A DNA stretch of 40,570 bases from assembly GCA_033551855.1 (NCBI GenBank), contig JAWSUI010000033.1, positions 1 to 40,570 of the forward strand, given 5' to 3'. This stretch comes from Deferrisomatales bacterium. Lineage in GTDB: Bacteria > Desulfobacterota > Deferrisomatia > Deferrisomatales > JACRMM01. Under the pieces are notes generated by a model. That model ran no database searches and was not told the origin of the DNA. It saw only the letters and a program-made list of their open reading frames with translations. Every line of letters starts with the position of its first letter. Position 1 is the stretch's first letter. Shown in pieces: positions 21,860 through 30,977 of the stretch. The position numbers were made by a program, and so were the translations under genes.

Positions 21860-22972
21860 TCACGCCCTCCCCCGCGGTCTCCCCGAGCGCCTCGGCCTTC
21901 TCCGGGAAACCCTTGCGTAGAGCCTCGCACGGGCGGTGGACCGGTAGAGCCACAAGCGCAGGCGCAGCCATAGGGGCCCCCGTGCCCTGGGTTCGAAGCG
22001 GTTGACGAGAAAGCCGATGCGCCCCGCGGGATTGGGGCCCCGGTCCAGGGTGTAGACCCGCCGGATGCCCGCTCTCCTCGCACAGTCCAGGGTGACCCCG
22101 TCATACTCCCCCCAGGGAAGGCACAGCTCGTCGCGGGTCCCGCCCAGGCGCTTCTCCAGCTCCTGCCGCGCCCATTGGAGCTCTTCGAGGGTGCGCGCGA
22201 TCCTTTGCTCCTCCCCTTCCCATTGCCCACCCTCCGGACGGGCCGCCCGAAACCCCCGAGCCTGATCGGAGAGCTCCCCCGACACCGCAGCCGCCCCCCG
22301 CTCGGCGATGTAGCTCTCCCCGCCGCGGGCCGCGAGCCAGCCCGCCAGGTGGTCCCGCAAGGCGGGATCGTCGTGATACAGCCGGTGCGCCAGGGCCGAG
22401 CCCCGGCGGTACCTGGGGATGCCCAGGCGCTCGTCCCCCCCGGTGCACTGGGCCAGCGACCAGTGGCGCTTGCCGTGGGTGCCGAGGTGGAACCCTATGA
22501 TCTCGTCCCCCACCCACCCCATGGCGTGGGAGAAGGAGTGGGACTGCACCGTCACGAGACCCGACGCCTCCAGGGCGGCGAGCTCCGACCAGCGCAGGAA
22601 ACCCGGGTGGGCCGCCCCGCTCGCCGCCGCCGCCCCGTGGACTCCGCTCTCGGACACCCAGGACCCAGAGGAACCTACGGGCCGGGCAGGCCCCTCGCCG
22701 GTGCGGGAGGGGATGGCGAACACCACGGCACGCACGCCGTGCTCACGCAGAAGGGGGAGGCCGTGGGTCCACAGGTCTGCGAAGCCGTCGTCGAAAGTGA
22801 GCAGACATCCGCGGGTCGCAGAGTCGAGCTCGGAGGGGGACAGACTCGGTAGCCCGGAACGGACCGTGGCGCGCAGATGGGCCGAGAAGAGCTCCGGCCC
22901 GAGCCGCCCGCCGGGGCCGACCGAGTGGTAAGCCAGCACGGGGATGCTCGGTCCCCGGGCGGAGGACGGCAT
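21860..22972 (-). CDS. Polysaccharide deacetylase (CE4/NodB-like)
   Basis: PVLAYHSV, LTFDDG, VQSHSFSH, LCLPWGEY. Confidence 0.9.
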   Translation of the reverse strand: MPSSARGPSIPVLAYHSVGPGGRLGPELFSAHLRATVRSGLPSLSPSELDSATRGCLLTFDDGFADLWTHGLPLLREHGVRAVVFAIPSRTGEGPARPVGSSGSWVSESGVHGAAAASGAAHPGFLRWSELAALEASGLVTVQSHSFSHAMGWVGDEIIGFHLGTHGKRHWSLAQCTGGDERLGIPRYRRGSALAHRLYHDDPALRDHLAGWLAARGGESYIAERGAAAVSGELSDQARGFRAARPEGGQWEGEEQRIARTLEELQWARQELEKRLGGTRDELCLPWGEYDGVTLDCARRAGIRRVYTLDRGPNPAGRIGFLVNRFEPRARGPLWLRLRLWLYRSTARARLYARVSRRRPRRSGRPRGRA

Positions 22973-23231
22973 CAGGCCCCCGGAGTCATGGAAACACCGG
23001 CATCCGTGCCCACCCCGGACAGCCGCCGGGCAGCCACAAGGGACCATTTCTCCACAGAAGACTCCTCCGGAGGGCGAAGACAGGGAAGGTTCTGCCGCGC
23101 CCGCGGGTTGGACCAGGGCCTCCAGTCGCGGTTCTGACCCATGGAACGTTCTCGAGGCTGATCCCGACGCAGAACGCCACCCAGTTGGACTTGAGGACCA
23201 AAAACACGTGCGTGAGGTCGACCGTGCTTCC

Positions 23232-23630
23232 CTATCCCGAGAACGGGTTCAGGACAGCGACCCCGCAGCCCTCGAAATCTCGCTCGTTCCGGGTGACCAG
23301 GGTCAAGGCGTGGACCTGGGCCGTGGCCGCGAGCAACATGTCCGCCTGGGTCCGAGTAGAGCCGCCCGCCTTCAGGCGCCCTCTCAATAGGCCGGACTGC
23401 CGGGCGATCTCCTCAGTCACCGGGATCACTTGACACTGGCTCTTGAGGAAGCTCTCGAACCACCGTTCGACTCGAGGGAGGGGCCTCCAGGAGAGGCCAA
23501 AGTAGACCTCGTCGATCGTGACCACGCTTACCGCAATCCGAGTCACGCCTCGAGCCCAGGAGATCACCCCGGCGTCGGGGGCAGCTCTCGAGAGCTCGCT
23601 CAGGACGTTGGTGTCAACGAGGAAGCTCAT
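23232..23630 (-). CDS. vapC: PIN-domain toxin (VapC family)
   Basis: FLVDTNVLSEL, TIDEV, ADMLLAATA, LVTRNERDF. Confidence 0.93.
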   Translation of the reverse strand: MSFLVDTNVLSELSRAAPDAGVISWARGVTRIAVSVVTIDEVYFGLSWRPLPRVERWFESFLKSQCQVIPVTEEIARQSGLLRGRLKAGGSTRTQADMLLAATAQVHALTLVTRNERDFEGCGVAVLNPFSG

Positions 23631-23895
23631 TGTCTTCCTCGGCCCAAGCGTTCGGCCGGTCCACCCGAGGGGGAGCCTCGATAGAGCCGGCAGCGATGCC
23701 CCTCAGTTCGTCAAAGGCGTCGGCAACCGACCGCCTCATCCCCGCTTGCCGCCACTGCTCGAACCGCTGAAAGGTCTCGAAATCGACCACGGCCGCCACG
23801 GGGCGATGCCGGTTGCAGACGGCCTGGGGCTCACGGGATGCCTGCTGCAAGAGCTCGGAGAAGCGCTGACGCGCCTTGGCGATGGTCCACTGCAT
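23614..23895 (-). CDS. Phd/YefM family antitoxin
   Basis: WTIAKARQRFSELL...EPQAV..RHRPVAAVV; AGGAGGT RBS; overlaps the toxin start. Confidence 0.9.
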   Translation of the reverse strand: MQWTIAKARQRFSELLQQASREPQAVCNRHRPVAAVVDFETFQRFEQWRQAGMRRSVADAFDELRGIAAGSIEAPPRVDRPNAWAEEDNELPR

Positions 23896-23913
23896 GGCTC
23901 ACCTCCTGGCAAA

Positions 23914-23954
23914 GGACATGCGTACATGTTTGCGCCGAACGATGTACATGTCAA
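23914..23954 (-). promoter_or_regulatory. TA promoter with putative antitoxin operator palindromes
   Basis: TTGACA -35 (23954-23949) abutting palindrome ATGTACAT (23942-23949); GTACATGT repeated at 23922 and 23944. Confidence 0.7.
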
Positions 23955-23974
23955 TTGCTCATTCTCACCGCTCG

Positions 23975-24325
23975 TCATCTTCGGTGACGCCCAAACCGCC
24001 TCCCTGTGACAGCCCAAAATAGGACCACGACCCAACCCGCCAAGTGGTCCCGCAGGCCAGGGTCGTCGAAATAGAGTCGGTGGGCCAGCGCCGAGCCCCG
24101 CGCATACAGGGAAACGCCCGGGCGGTCGTCGCCGCCCGTACACTGGGCCAGAGACCCGTGTAAACGCCCTCGGTGGAAACGCAGCGCCCGGTTCTCCACG
24201 CCCGGGGACAGGCTCGGCAGGCGAGAGCACCCAAGCACCCGGGCGTGGACCGAGAACCGGGACCGGCTCGGCGACCCGTCCGAGCCCACGGCATGGTAGG
24301 TGAGGACCGAAATCGAGGCACTCAC
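23975..24325 (-). pseudogene. Internally deleted, truncated polysaccharide deacetylase paralog
   Basis: GTG overlaps the GT2 stop. SISVLTYHAVG..LPSLSP is fused directly to SLAQCTGGDD..RGSALAHRLYFDDPGLRDHLAGW, matching two distant segments of 21860..22972; TFDDG and HxxxH motifs are missing. Confidence 0.85.
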
Positions 24326-25266
24326 GGTCCGGGACCCCGGACGATCCGAGCAGCGGCCACGCGCAGCAGATCCCTGGCGTAGACGAAACGCCCCGGAGAG
24401 AGCCGCACGGCCCGCCCTGCATGGCGCAGCGCGCCCCTGCGGTCTCCCAAGCCCAACAGCGCTCGGGACAGCTTGTGCTCCAGCCCCGCCCTCAAGCGGG
24501 CCAACTCGGCTCGGAGTCGCCCCCCCAGATGAGCTTCCATCGTATCCACGGCGCGAAGGGTCTGCTCGAGCACGGCCGGCCGGGCCGAGCCGGACCAGAG
24601 CCCCGCGCCATGGACCCGATACACCGCCATCGCACGATCCACGTAGCCGAAGTCGCCCTTCTCGGCGTGCAGTACGTGGAGGGGCCAGTCTCCCATAGGC
24701 ATCTGAAAGAACCACGGCGGGAATTCCGCTATCAACCCCGCTCTGAATACCGTGGAGCACGTCGGGATGAAGAAACTGCTCACCACGTCGCGCAGGGAGT
24801 AATGCGCGCCCATGCCCCCCGAGTGGAACCGGTGGGGTTCGCGCGCGGTGTCCTCGTAGACCACCGTTACGTCGTGAAAAGACGACGACAGCCCGGGTTG
24901 GGCCTCGAGAAGGGCCACCTGGGTCTCCAACTTGTCCTCGGCCGTCCAGTAGTCGTCCCCCTCGAGGAGCGCCACGTAACGGCCCGTGCAGGACCGATAG
25001 GTGTCGACGAGGTTCCCGATCATGCCCAGGTTGCGCTCCCGAAGCAGGGGCCGCACCCGGCCCGGATAGGACCGGGCATAGGACGCCAGGATCTCGCGGG
25101 AGCGATCCGTGGAGCAGTCCTCTCCCACGACGATCTCCACGGGGAATGGCGTCTTCTGGGCCAGGACGGAGTCCAGGGCCTGGGCGAGATACCGCTCGTG
25201 GTTGTACACGAGCATGAGTACGCTCACGCCGGCGCGCTCGGCGGGCGACGAGCCCTTCCCGCTCAC
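24322..25266 (-). CDS. Glycosyltransferase family 2
   Basis: VSVLMLVYNHERYL, VGEDCSTD, LLEGDDYW, MGDWPL; GTG start overlaps the upstream stop. Confidence 0.9.
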   Translation of the reverse strand: MSGKGSSPAERAGVSVLMLVYNHERYLAQALDSVLAQKTPFPVEIVVGEDCSTDRSREILASYARSYPGRVRPLLRERNLGMIGNLVDTYRSCTGRYVALLEGDDYWTAEDKLETQVALLEAQPGLSSSFHDVTVVYEDTAREPHRFHSGGMGAHYSLRDVVSSFFIPTCSTVFRAGLIAEFPPWFFQMPMGDWPLHVLHAEKGDFGYVDRAMAVYRVHGAGLWSGSARPAVLEQTLRAVDTMEAHLGGRLRAELARLRAGLEHKLSRALLGLGDRRGALRHAGRAVRLSPGRFVYARDLLRVAAARIVRGPGP

Positions 25267-26474
25267 GGCGCCAGGCTTCCGAGACGGCGCCCCACTTCGG
25301 GGCCGTGCTCGCAGGCGAGCCGGACCAGGCTGCAGATGCCCTCGAGGGTTCTCGCGTCCACCGACGGCCCCGTGGGCAAAGCAAAGACCCGCTCCGCGAG
25401 GAACTCCGTATGGCGAAGCAGCAGACCGGCGTGGGGGAAGTAGGAGCGGTACGGCTCCATCCGGTGGCATCCGGGGTGAAAGTAGCGTCGGGCGAGCACA
25501 TTCTCGGCCATCAGAACCCGGACGAGGTCGTCCCGGGTCAGCCCGGCCCTGACGGGATCCAATTCGAAGACAGCGTATTGGTAGTTGCAGCGCTCCGTCC
25601 CGTCGTACTCCACCATCCGCAGGCCCGGAACGCCCCCCAGTGCCGCCCGGTAGGCGTGGTAGTTGGCCCGGTTCGCCTCGATCACCTCCCCCAGTGACTC
25701 CAGTGAGGTGAGCCCCATCGCGGCCGACACCTCGCTCATCTTGCCGTTGGTACCGATGTAGATGACTCGGTCATAGCCCGCGAAACCGAAGTTCTTCATC
25801 AGGCGGATCTTCTCCGCCAGGTCGTCGTCGTCGGTAGCAATGGCGCCGCCCTCGAAGGTATTGAAGAACTTCGTGGCGTGGAAGCTGAACACCTCGGCGT
25901 CTCCGAAGCAGCCGACCATCTTTCCCCCCCGGGAACAGCCGAAGGCGTGGGCCGCGTCGTAGAGCAGCCGCAACCTGCGGCGGTGCGCAATCTCGGCCAG
26001 GAGCTCCACCTCGCAAGGCCGCCCCCACAGGTGAACACCGATGATCCCTGTGGTCCGGGGCGTGACGAGCTCTTCCACCCGGGTGGGGTCGAGGTTGTGG
26101 GTCCGGGGATCCACGTCGCAGAACACCGGTGTGATCTGCTGCCAGAAGAGGGCGTGGGCCGTGGCAACAAAGGTGAAAGAGGGGACGATCACCTCGCCCG
26201 CCATGCCAACCGCCCGGATCGCGAGCTCCAAAGCCACAGTGCCGTTGCACACGGCGATCACGTGGCGCACACCCAGGTACTCGGCCAGGCGCCGCTCCAG
26301 TTCCTGCACCAAGGGCCCGTTATTGGTCAGCCAGCGGCGATCCAGGACCTCGCCGATTCGGGCGAGGAGCGCGTCGCGATCGCCGATGTTGGGGCGGCCC
26401 ACGTGAACCGATTCTCCAAACAACGGAGCACAACCGCCAAAGACGGTCAGGTCACCGACGGACCGCTTGTCCAT
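25263..26474 (-). CDS. DegT/DnrJ/EryC1/StrS sugar aminotransferase (VioA-like)
   Basis: WLTNNGP, NGTVAL, SFTFVAT, YDAAHAFG, PLP-lysine motif FSFHATK, GTNGKMSE. Confidence 0.93.
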   Translation of the reverse strand: MDKRSVGDLTVFGGCAPLFGESVHVGRPNIGDRDALLARIGEVLDRRWLTNNGPLVQELERRLAEYLGVRHVIAVCNGTVALELAIRAVGMAGEVIVPSFTFVATAHALFWQQITPVFCDVDPRTHNLDPTRVEELVTPRTTGIIGVHLWGRPCEVELLAEIAHRRRLRLLYDAAHAFGCSRGGKMVGCFGDAEVFSFHATKFFNTFEGGAIATDDDDLAEKIRLMKNFGFAGYDRVIYIGTNGKMSEVSAAMGLTSLESLGEVIEANRANYHAYRAALGGVPGLRMVEYDGTERCNYQYAVFELDPVRAGLTRDDLVRVLMAENVLARRYFHPGCHRMEPYRSYFPHAGLLLRHTEFLAERVFALPTGPSVDARTLEGICSLVRLACEHGPEVGRRLGSLAP

Positions 26475-26629
26475 AGAACCTCCCGAGAGTCAGGCGGGGC
26501 GTGCGGACCCGAGGGATCGCGACGATGCAGGGCACTCCCCCCTGCCTGCTCCGTTCCCGGAGAACGGCGCTGCGAATCGGCTCCTGAGCTGGCCCACCTC
26601 GCCGGCCGGAGCCCGGGCGCACCGCCCCG

Positions 26630-27289
26630 TCATAGATACGGCTCGCCCACGGAACGGCGCCGGACGACCCGAGCCGGGGCGCCGTACGCCACAACGTGGT
26701 CCGGTATGTCTCGCACCACCACGGCACCGGCCCCGACCACGGTGTGCTCGCCAATCTTCCGCCCGTGGCCCACCGCGGCGCCGATACCGACCGCCGAGAA
26801 CGCGCCGACCGATACCCTTCCTCCGGCCGCCACCCCAGGCGCGAGGCTGGCAAACTCTCCGAGGTCTCCGTCGTGGTCCAGGGAAGCGCGCGTATTGATG
26901 ATGGAGAACCGCCCCAGCCGACTCCCGGGGTTCACCACGGCTCCCGCCATTGCCACGGACCCCTCCCCAAGCTCCACATCCCGACCCAGTTGGGCCGAAG
27001 GGTGGACCGCCGTCACGAATCTCAAGCCGGGGACCAACTCCCGGGCACGCTCGGCCAGACGGAAACGCTGCCAGTTGTCGCCCACCGCTATGAATGCCGC
27101 ACGCACGCCGTCCGCAAAAAGCTTTGGTAGCTCGGCCTCGGTGCCCAGAACCTCGTACCCGAAACAGACCTCTCCGGCACCCCGGAACGAGTCAAGGAGC
27201 CCCACCACCCTCGCACGCGCCTCCCGCTCGAGCGTGTCGAGGACAACCCTCGCATGTCCCGACGATCCGATCACCACGATGTCCGTCAC
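26630..27289 (-). CDS. Sugar acetyltransferase, NeuD/PglD-like (left-handed beta-helix)
   Basis: IVVIGSSGHA, AVGDN, VHPSA, hexapeptide repeats, DHD, VGAGAVV..D, YGAPARV; GTG start at 27289. Confidence 0.9.
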   Translation of the reverse strand: MTDIVVIGSSGHARVVLDTLEREARARVVGLLDSFRGAGEVCFGYEVLGTEAELPKLFADGVRAAFIAVGDNWQRFRLAERARELVPGLRFVTAVHPSAQLGRDVELGEGSVAMAGAVVNPGSRLGRFSIINTRASLDHDGDLGEFASLAPGVAAGGRVSVGAFSAVGIGAAVGHGRKIGEHTVVGAGAVVVRDIPDHVVAYGAPARVVRRRSVGEPYL

Positions 27290-27467
27290 AGTCCGCCTCA
27301 CGAGGACAGGGCGGGCCGAAGGACGCGGGGCCCGCCGGAAATTTCGCCCCACACGGCGAACCCGGCTCCGATCCGGGGTCCGGATGGCTGGTCACTACCC
27401 CTTCGCCGCCATCCGAGCCGGTCGGTCGGCGTGAGATCGCCCACGGTCGATGCCGAGGCCGGCCCCA

Positions 27468-28106
27468 TCAGCTCGCCTCACACACGAGCAGGGAATCCGC
27501 GCGCGTCTCGAGGCCCCGCAGCTCCGGATGGCGGCTCTGCCCCGCGGTCACGTCCTCGACGCTCCCGAAACCGGCCTCACGGAGGCGGCGGTGGAGCTCT
27601 TCCCGATCGTAGAGCCATCGGTGCCCCCACCACCGGAACGCGATGTTGAGCATCTCCGCACGCGTGCGGATGAACGACAGGCCCGGGAGCTGAAGCCACT
27701 CCTGCTCCCTCCAGGTCCCCCGGTACGCCCGCTCCAGGATCACGTCGAGGGACGGCATCGCGACCCGGAGGATGCCCCCGGGGTCCAGGACACGCCTGCA
27801 TTCGCGCAGGATCTGCACCCCGTCTGCAACGTCCAGGTGCTCGAGAAAGTGCTCGCAGTACACGAAGCCACACGATGCCTCCGGAAGCGGCACGCCGTAG
27901 CGCAGATCGACCACCACGTCCACCACTCCCGGGTTCTTCTCCGCGTCCACGTTCACCCAGCCGTCCAGGCGGACCCCCCCACAGCCCAGATGGAGCCGCG
28001 TCGGGCGCGGCGTGTGGGAGGCGGCCTCTTGCAGCATCCGCCCCTTCCACGCCCGGTACGGCGGCCCGAATACGCGGGCGGCGAGCCGCCTCACTCTTCT
28101 CGGCAC
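27468..28106 (-). CDS. Class I SAM-dependent methyltransferase (glycan-locus type)
   Basis: RLHLGCG..LDGWVNVD, EHFLEHL, ECRRVLDPGGILRVAMP; AGGAG RBS before GTG 28106. Confidence 0.85.
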   Translation of the reverse strand: MPRRVRRLAARVFGPPYRAWKGRMLQEAASHTPRPTRLHLGCGGVRLDGWVNVDAEKNPGVVDVVVDLRYGVPLPEASCGFVYCEHFLEHLDVADGVQILRECRRVLDPGGILRVAMPSLDVILERAYRGTWREQEWLQLPGLSFIRTRAEMLNIAFRWWGHRWLYDREELHRRLREAGFGSVEDVTAGQSRHPELRGLETRADSLLVCEAS

Positions 28107-28117
28107 TGACGCGCTCC

Positions 28118-28888
28118 TCAACTCAGCCGAAGAAAGGGGCCGAGCGCCCTCGATGCACCCGCACGCAGCCGCGCCCCGAGCCCGCCCCCCCTCCACTCTC
28201 GATGGCCGATCCAGGCGTGTCGGCGTCGCCCCACCTGGACCGCTCGATAGCCGAGGGCCTCGACGGCCCGGGAAAATGCGATCTCCGCGGCGATGGCCTC
28301 GTGGTAGGTATCCGCCAGGCGATACCCTCCGACCCGCCCCAGTACCCCCCGCGACGTGAACTGGGCCACGGTCGTGAGGTGGCGAGCCGTAGGCCCTTCC
28401 GGGACCCCCCAGCGCCGAAGCGCTTCGCGGTAGTACCGGGCTCGGCTCACGGGCCGGCCCGCCACCTGCAACTCGGCCTCCGGCCGCTGCGCCGCCTCCA
28501 ACTCATCCCATGGCTTGTCCCACGCCCGGTTCAGGTGCTCTCCCACGAGGCCGCAATTCGGCGTCTCTTCGAACCGCCTCACGAACGCGGCCAACCACCC
28601 GTGGCGCAGAATCCGGCAATCGTCCTGTAGAAAAAGAAACCGGTCATAGCCCGGCAGGTTTCGCCAGGCGTGATCCCACGCCCCCAGGTTGTAGCCTCGG
28701 TTTTCCCGGATGAAGACGCGCCGGAACATCGTCTCCGTCACGGCCGGCGGATGATACTCGAGGCCGTTGGCGCAGAGGAAGAGATCGAATGCCGCTCCGG
28801 CCCTCTTCCGCTCGAGAGATCTGCACAGGATCTCCACGTACGCGGGTGGGTTCCCGACCCACGTGGAGACGACCACCGCGACGGTCAC
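28118..28888 (-). CDS. Hypothetical glycosyltransferase-like protein (GT-A/RgpF-like motifs)
   Basis: RENRGYNLGAW..YDRFLFLQDD; GTG start overlaps the upstream stop. Confidence 0.65.
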   Translation of the reverse strand: MTVAVVVSTWVGNPPAYVEILCRSLERKRAGAAFDLFLCANGLEYHPPAVTETMFRRVFIRENRGYNLGAWDHAWRNLPGYDRFLFLQDDCRILRHGWLAAFVRRFEETPNCGLVGEHLNRAWDKPWDELEAAQRPEAELQVAGRPVSRARYYREALRRWGVPEGPTARHLTTVAQFTSRGVLGRVGGYRLADTYHEAIAAEIAFSRAVEALGYRAVQVGRRRHAWIGHREWRGGGLGARLRAGASRALGPFLRLS

Positions 28889-29883
28889 GACTTGCCCAGC
28901 AGGGTTCGGAAGAACCCGGCCAACCGTCCCGCGTTCACGTCGTAACCGAACGACTCCTCCGCCGCCCTGCGCCCTGCGGCCCCCAATCGAGCCAGACCGG
29001 GCCGCCCTGCGGCCAAGAGCGCGGCGAGGACCTCGAACCATCCGCTTTCGGCGGGTACGAGCCGTCCATTCTCGTCGTCGCGGATGACCTCCTGGTTCAT
29101 CCCCACGGCGTCGGCAGCAGGCGCCACTCCTGCAGCCATGTATTGCAGCACCTTGTAACTGCACTTGCCACGGTCAAAGGGCGAGTCGCCGCGAAGGGGC
29201 ATGAGGCCCAGGTCCAGTCCAGCTACCGCCGACGCCTGTCCAGCCAGGGACCAGGGCACGTTCTCGACCCGCAGCCCCGCAAACTCGAAGGGCCGGTCCG
29301 AGATCACCCGCAGCACGAGCTCCTGTCGGGACGCCGCGGCGGCCAGCGCGGGAGCCACTCGAGCCAGGCTCCCCAGGTTCCCCCCGCCGCCGATCCACCC
29401 CACCACGAGGGGTCCGGCGACGGCCGCGTAGTCGTGCCGGGGCACGTCCAGCGGCACCGGCGAGGGGTACACGAGGCAGGGCTTGGTCGCATCGGGTACG
29501 AGCTCGGCCAGGTACCGGTTGCCGCAGGTGACCCCGGCCGCGAGGCCCGTCATCCGTCGGAACCGCCGCTCCCGTGTGATCGATCGGTGGGAGCCCCATC
29601 GCGGTTCCTTGCGGAAGCAGACGGCGTCGTCGAAGTCGAACACAACAGGAACCCGGAGCGTCCTCCACAAGAGCACGTCTGCAGGCCCGGGGAGCTTCTT
29701 TTGGAGCCAGACGAGGTCGGACGCTGCAGCCGAGGCCACGAGACGCCACAAGCCCGCGATGGACTTGGGGTATGCGACCACCTCGCAATCGACGCCCAGC
29801 CGCCTCAGGGGAGGAGCCATATCCGTCACACGGATGCGCGACGAGGCCAGCTCGGGCCTCTGAATGACCGCCAGAACTCTCAC
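28885..29883 (-). CDS. Glycosyltransferase family 4-like
   Basis: ASSRIR, VFDFDDA, VGWIG, DLGLMPL...GKCSYKVLQYMAAG. Confidence 0.88.
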   Translation of the reverse strand: MRVLAVIQRPELASSRIRVTDMAPPLRRLGVDCEVVAYPKSIAGLWRLVASAAASDLVWLQKKLPGPADVLLWRTLRVPVVFDFDDAVCFRKEPRWGSHRSITRERRFRRMTGLAAGVTCGNRYLAELVPDATKPCLVYPSPVPLDVPRHDYAAVAGPLVVGWIGGGGNLGSLARVAPALAAAASRQELVLRVISDRPFEFAGLRVENVPWSLAGQASAVAGLDLGLMPLRGDSPFDRGKCSYKVLQYMAAGVAPAADAVGMNQEVIRDDENGRLVPAESGWFEVLAALLAAGRPGLARLGAAGRRAAEESFGYDVNAGRLAGFFRTLLGKS

Positions 29884-30977
29884 GCCCGCGCCTCCGCGAC
29901 CTCCCGGTACAGGGCCTCGATCGCATCCAGGTGACGGGACTGGTCGTGGAGCCGAGCCAGGGCCAAGGCCCTGAGGCGAGCCGCGTCCCCCAGGGCCAAG
30001 ACCGCCGAGATTCCTGCCGCCAACGCTCCGGGTTGGGCCGGCGCCTCGATGACCCGGCCCGCCTCCCCGCCTGCGAGGAGATCGGCCGCGCCGTTTCGAT
30101 CGGTGGTGACCACGGGGCACCCGCACGCCAAGGCCTCAAGGCAAACATTGGCAAAAGGGTCGTAGTGGGTCGGGTGGATCAGGACGTCTGCCGCCCGGTA
30201 CAGGGCTGTGGGGTCGGAAACGGGACCGAGAAAGTGGAGCCGCTCTCCGACGCCCAGGTCCCCGGCCTGCTCCCGAAAGGGCCGGGGATCGTCCCCGCCG
30301 GCCACCGCCAGCAGCGCGCCCGGCACGTGGGGGAGCGCTGTCACCGCTTCGCCGAGGCCCTTGAGCGCGAAGTTCGTCGCTACGAGGAGCAGGATCGTCG
30401 ACCCCGCCGAGAGGCCGAGCTGCTCCTCGAGGACCCGCCGATCGACTTCCCGCCCTTCCGGTCGAAAGTGGCCCACGTCCACGCCGTTGGGAATCACGCG
30501 AAGCCGCGGTTCCACTTCCGGATAGAACCGCGCGATCTCCCGGGCTACCCACCCCGAGGGCGCGATCACGGCCCGCAGCCCCGCCGAGGAGAAGAGCCGA
30601 CCTTCGATGGCGAGCACGGTCCGATCGTAGAAGGTGGGCCTGGGGTTGCCTTTCCGCTCCAGGTAAGCCCGGTGGACCCCGCCCCCGGCCCGGTGCACGG
30701 TCTGGAAGGTGGTCTTGCCGAACCCCTGCACCACGTCGAAGCGGTGCCGCCCCACCCGCCGCGCCGCCGCCTCGCCGAAGGTCCAGGTCTTCAAGGCGCG
30801 GCCCAGGGGGAGGGCCGGCACCGGGTGCCAGGTGGAGCCGTCCGGAAGATCCTCGGCCCGCCGCGCGAACAGGTGCACCTCGTGCCCCCTGTCCGAGAGG
30901 CCCCGGGCCAGGCTCCACGCGTAGCGCTCCGCGCCCCCCGAGCGGTCGAACTTGGGGTGGACCAGGGCGAGCTTCAC
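29880..30977 (-). CDS. Glycosyltransferase family 4 (WaaG/RfaG-like)
   Basis: GGAERY, HRAGGGVH, IPNGVD, NFALKG, YDPFANVCLEALACG. Confidence 0.9.
   Translation of the reverse strand: MKLALVHPKFDRSGGAERYAWSLARGLSDRGHEVHLFARRAEDLPDGSTWHPVPALPLGRALKTWTFGEAAARRVGRHRFDVVQGFGKTTFQTVHRAGGGVHRAYLERKGNPRPTFYDRTVLAIEGRLFSSAGLRAVIAPSGWVAREIARFYPEVEPRLRVIPNGVDVGHFRPEGREVDRRVLEEQLGLSAGSTILLLVATNFALKGLGEAVTALPHVPGALLAVAGGDDPRPFREQAGDLGVGERLHFLGPVSDPTALYRAADVLIHPTHYDPFANVCLEALACGCPVVTTDRNGAADLLAGGEAGRVIEAPAQPGALAAGISAVLALGDAARLRALALARLHDQSRHLDAIEALYREVAEARA

Noticed and set aside
22986..23231. Short hydrophobic ORF between vapC and the deacetylase
   Set aside because: No RBS or recognisable motif; it could be a gene remnant but I cannot support that.
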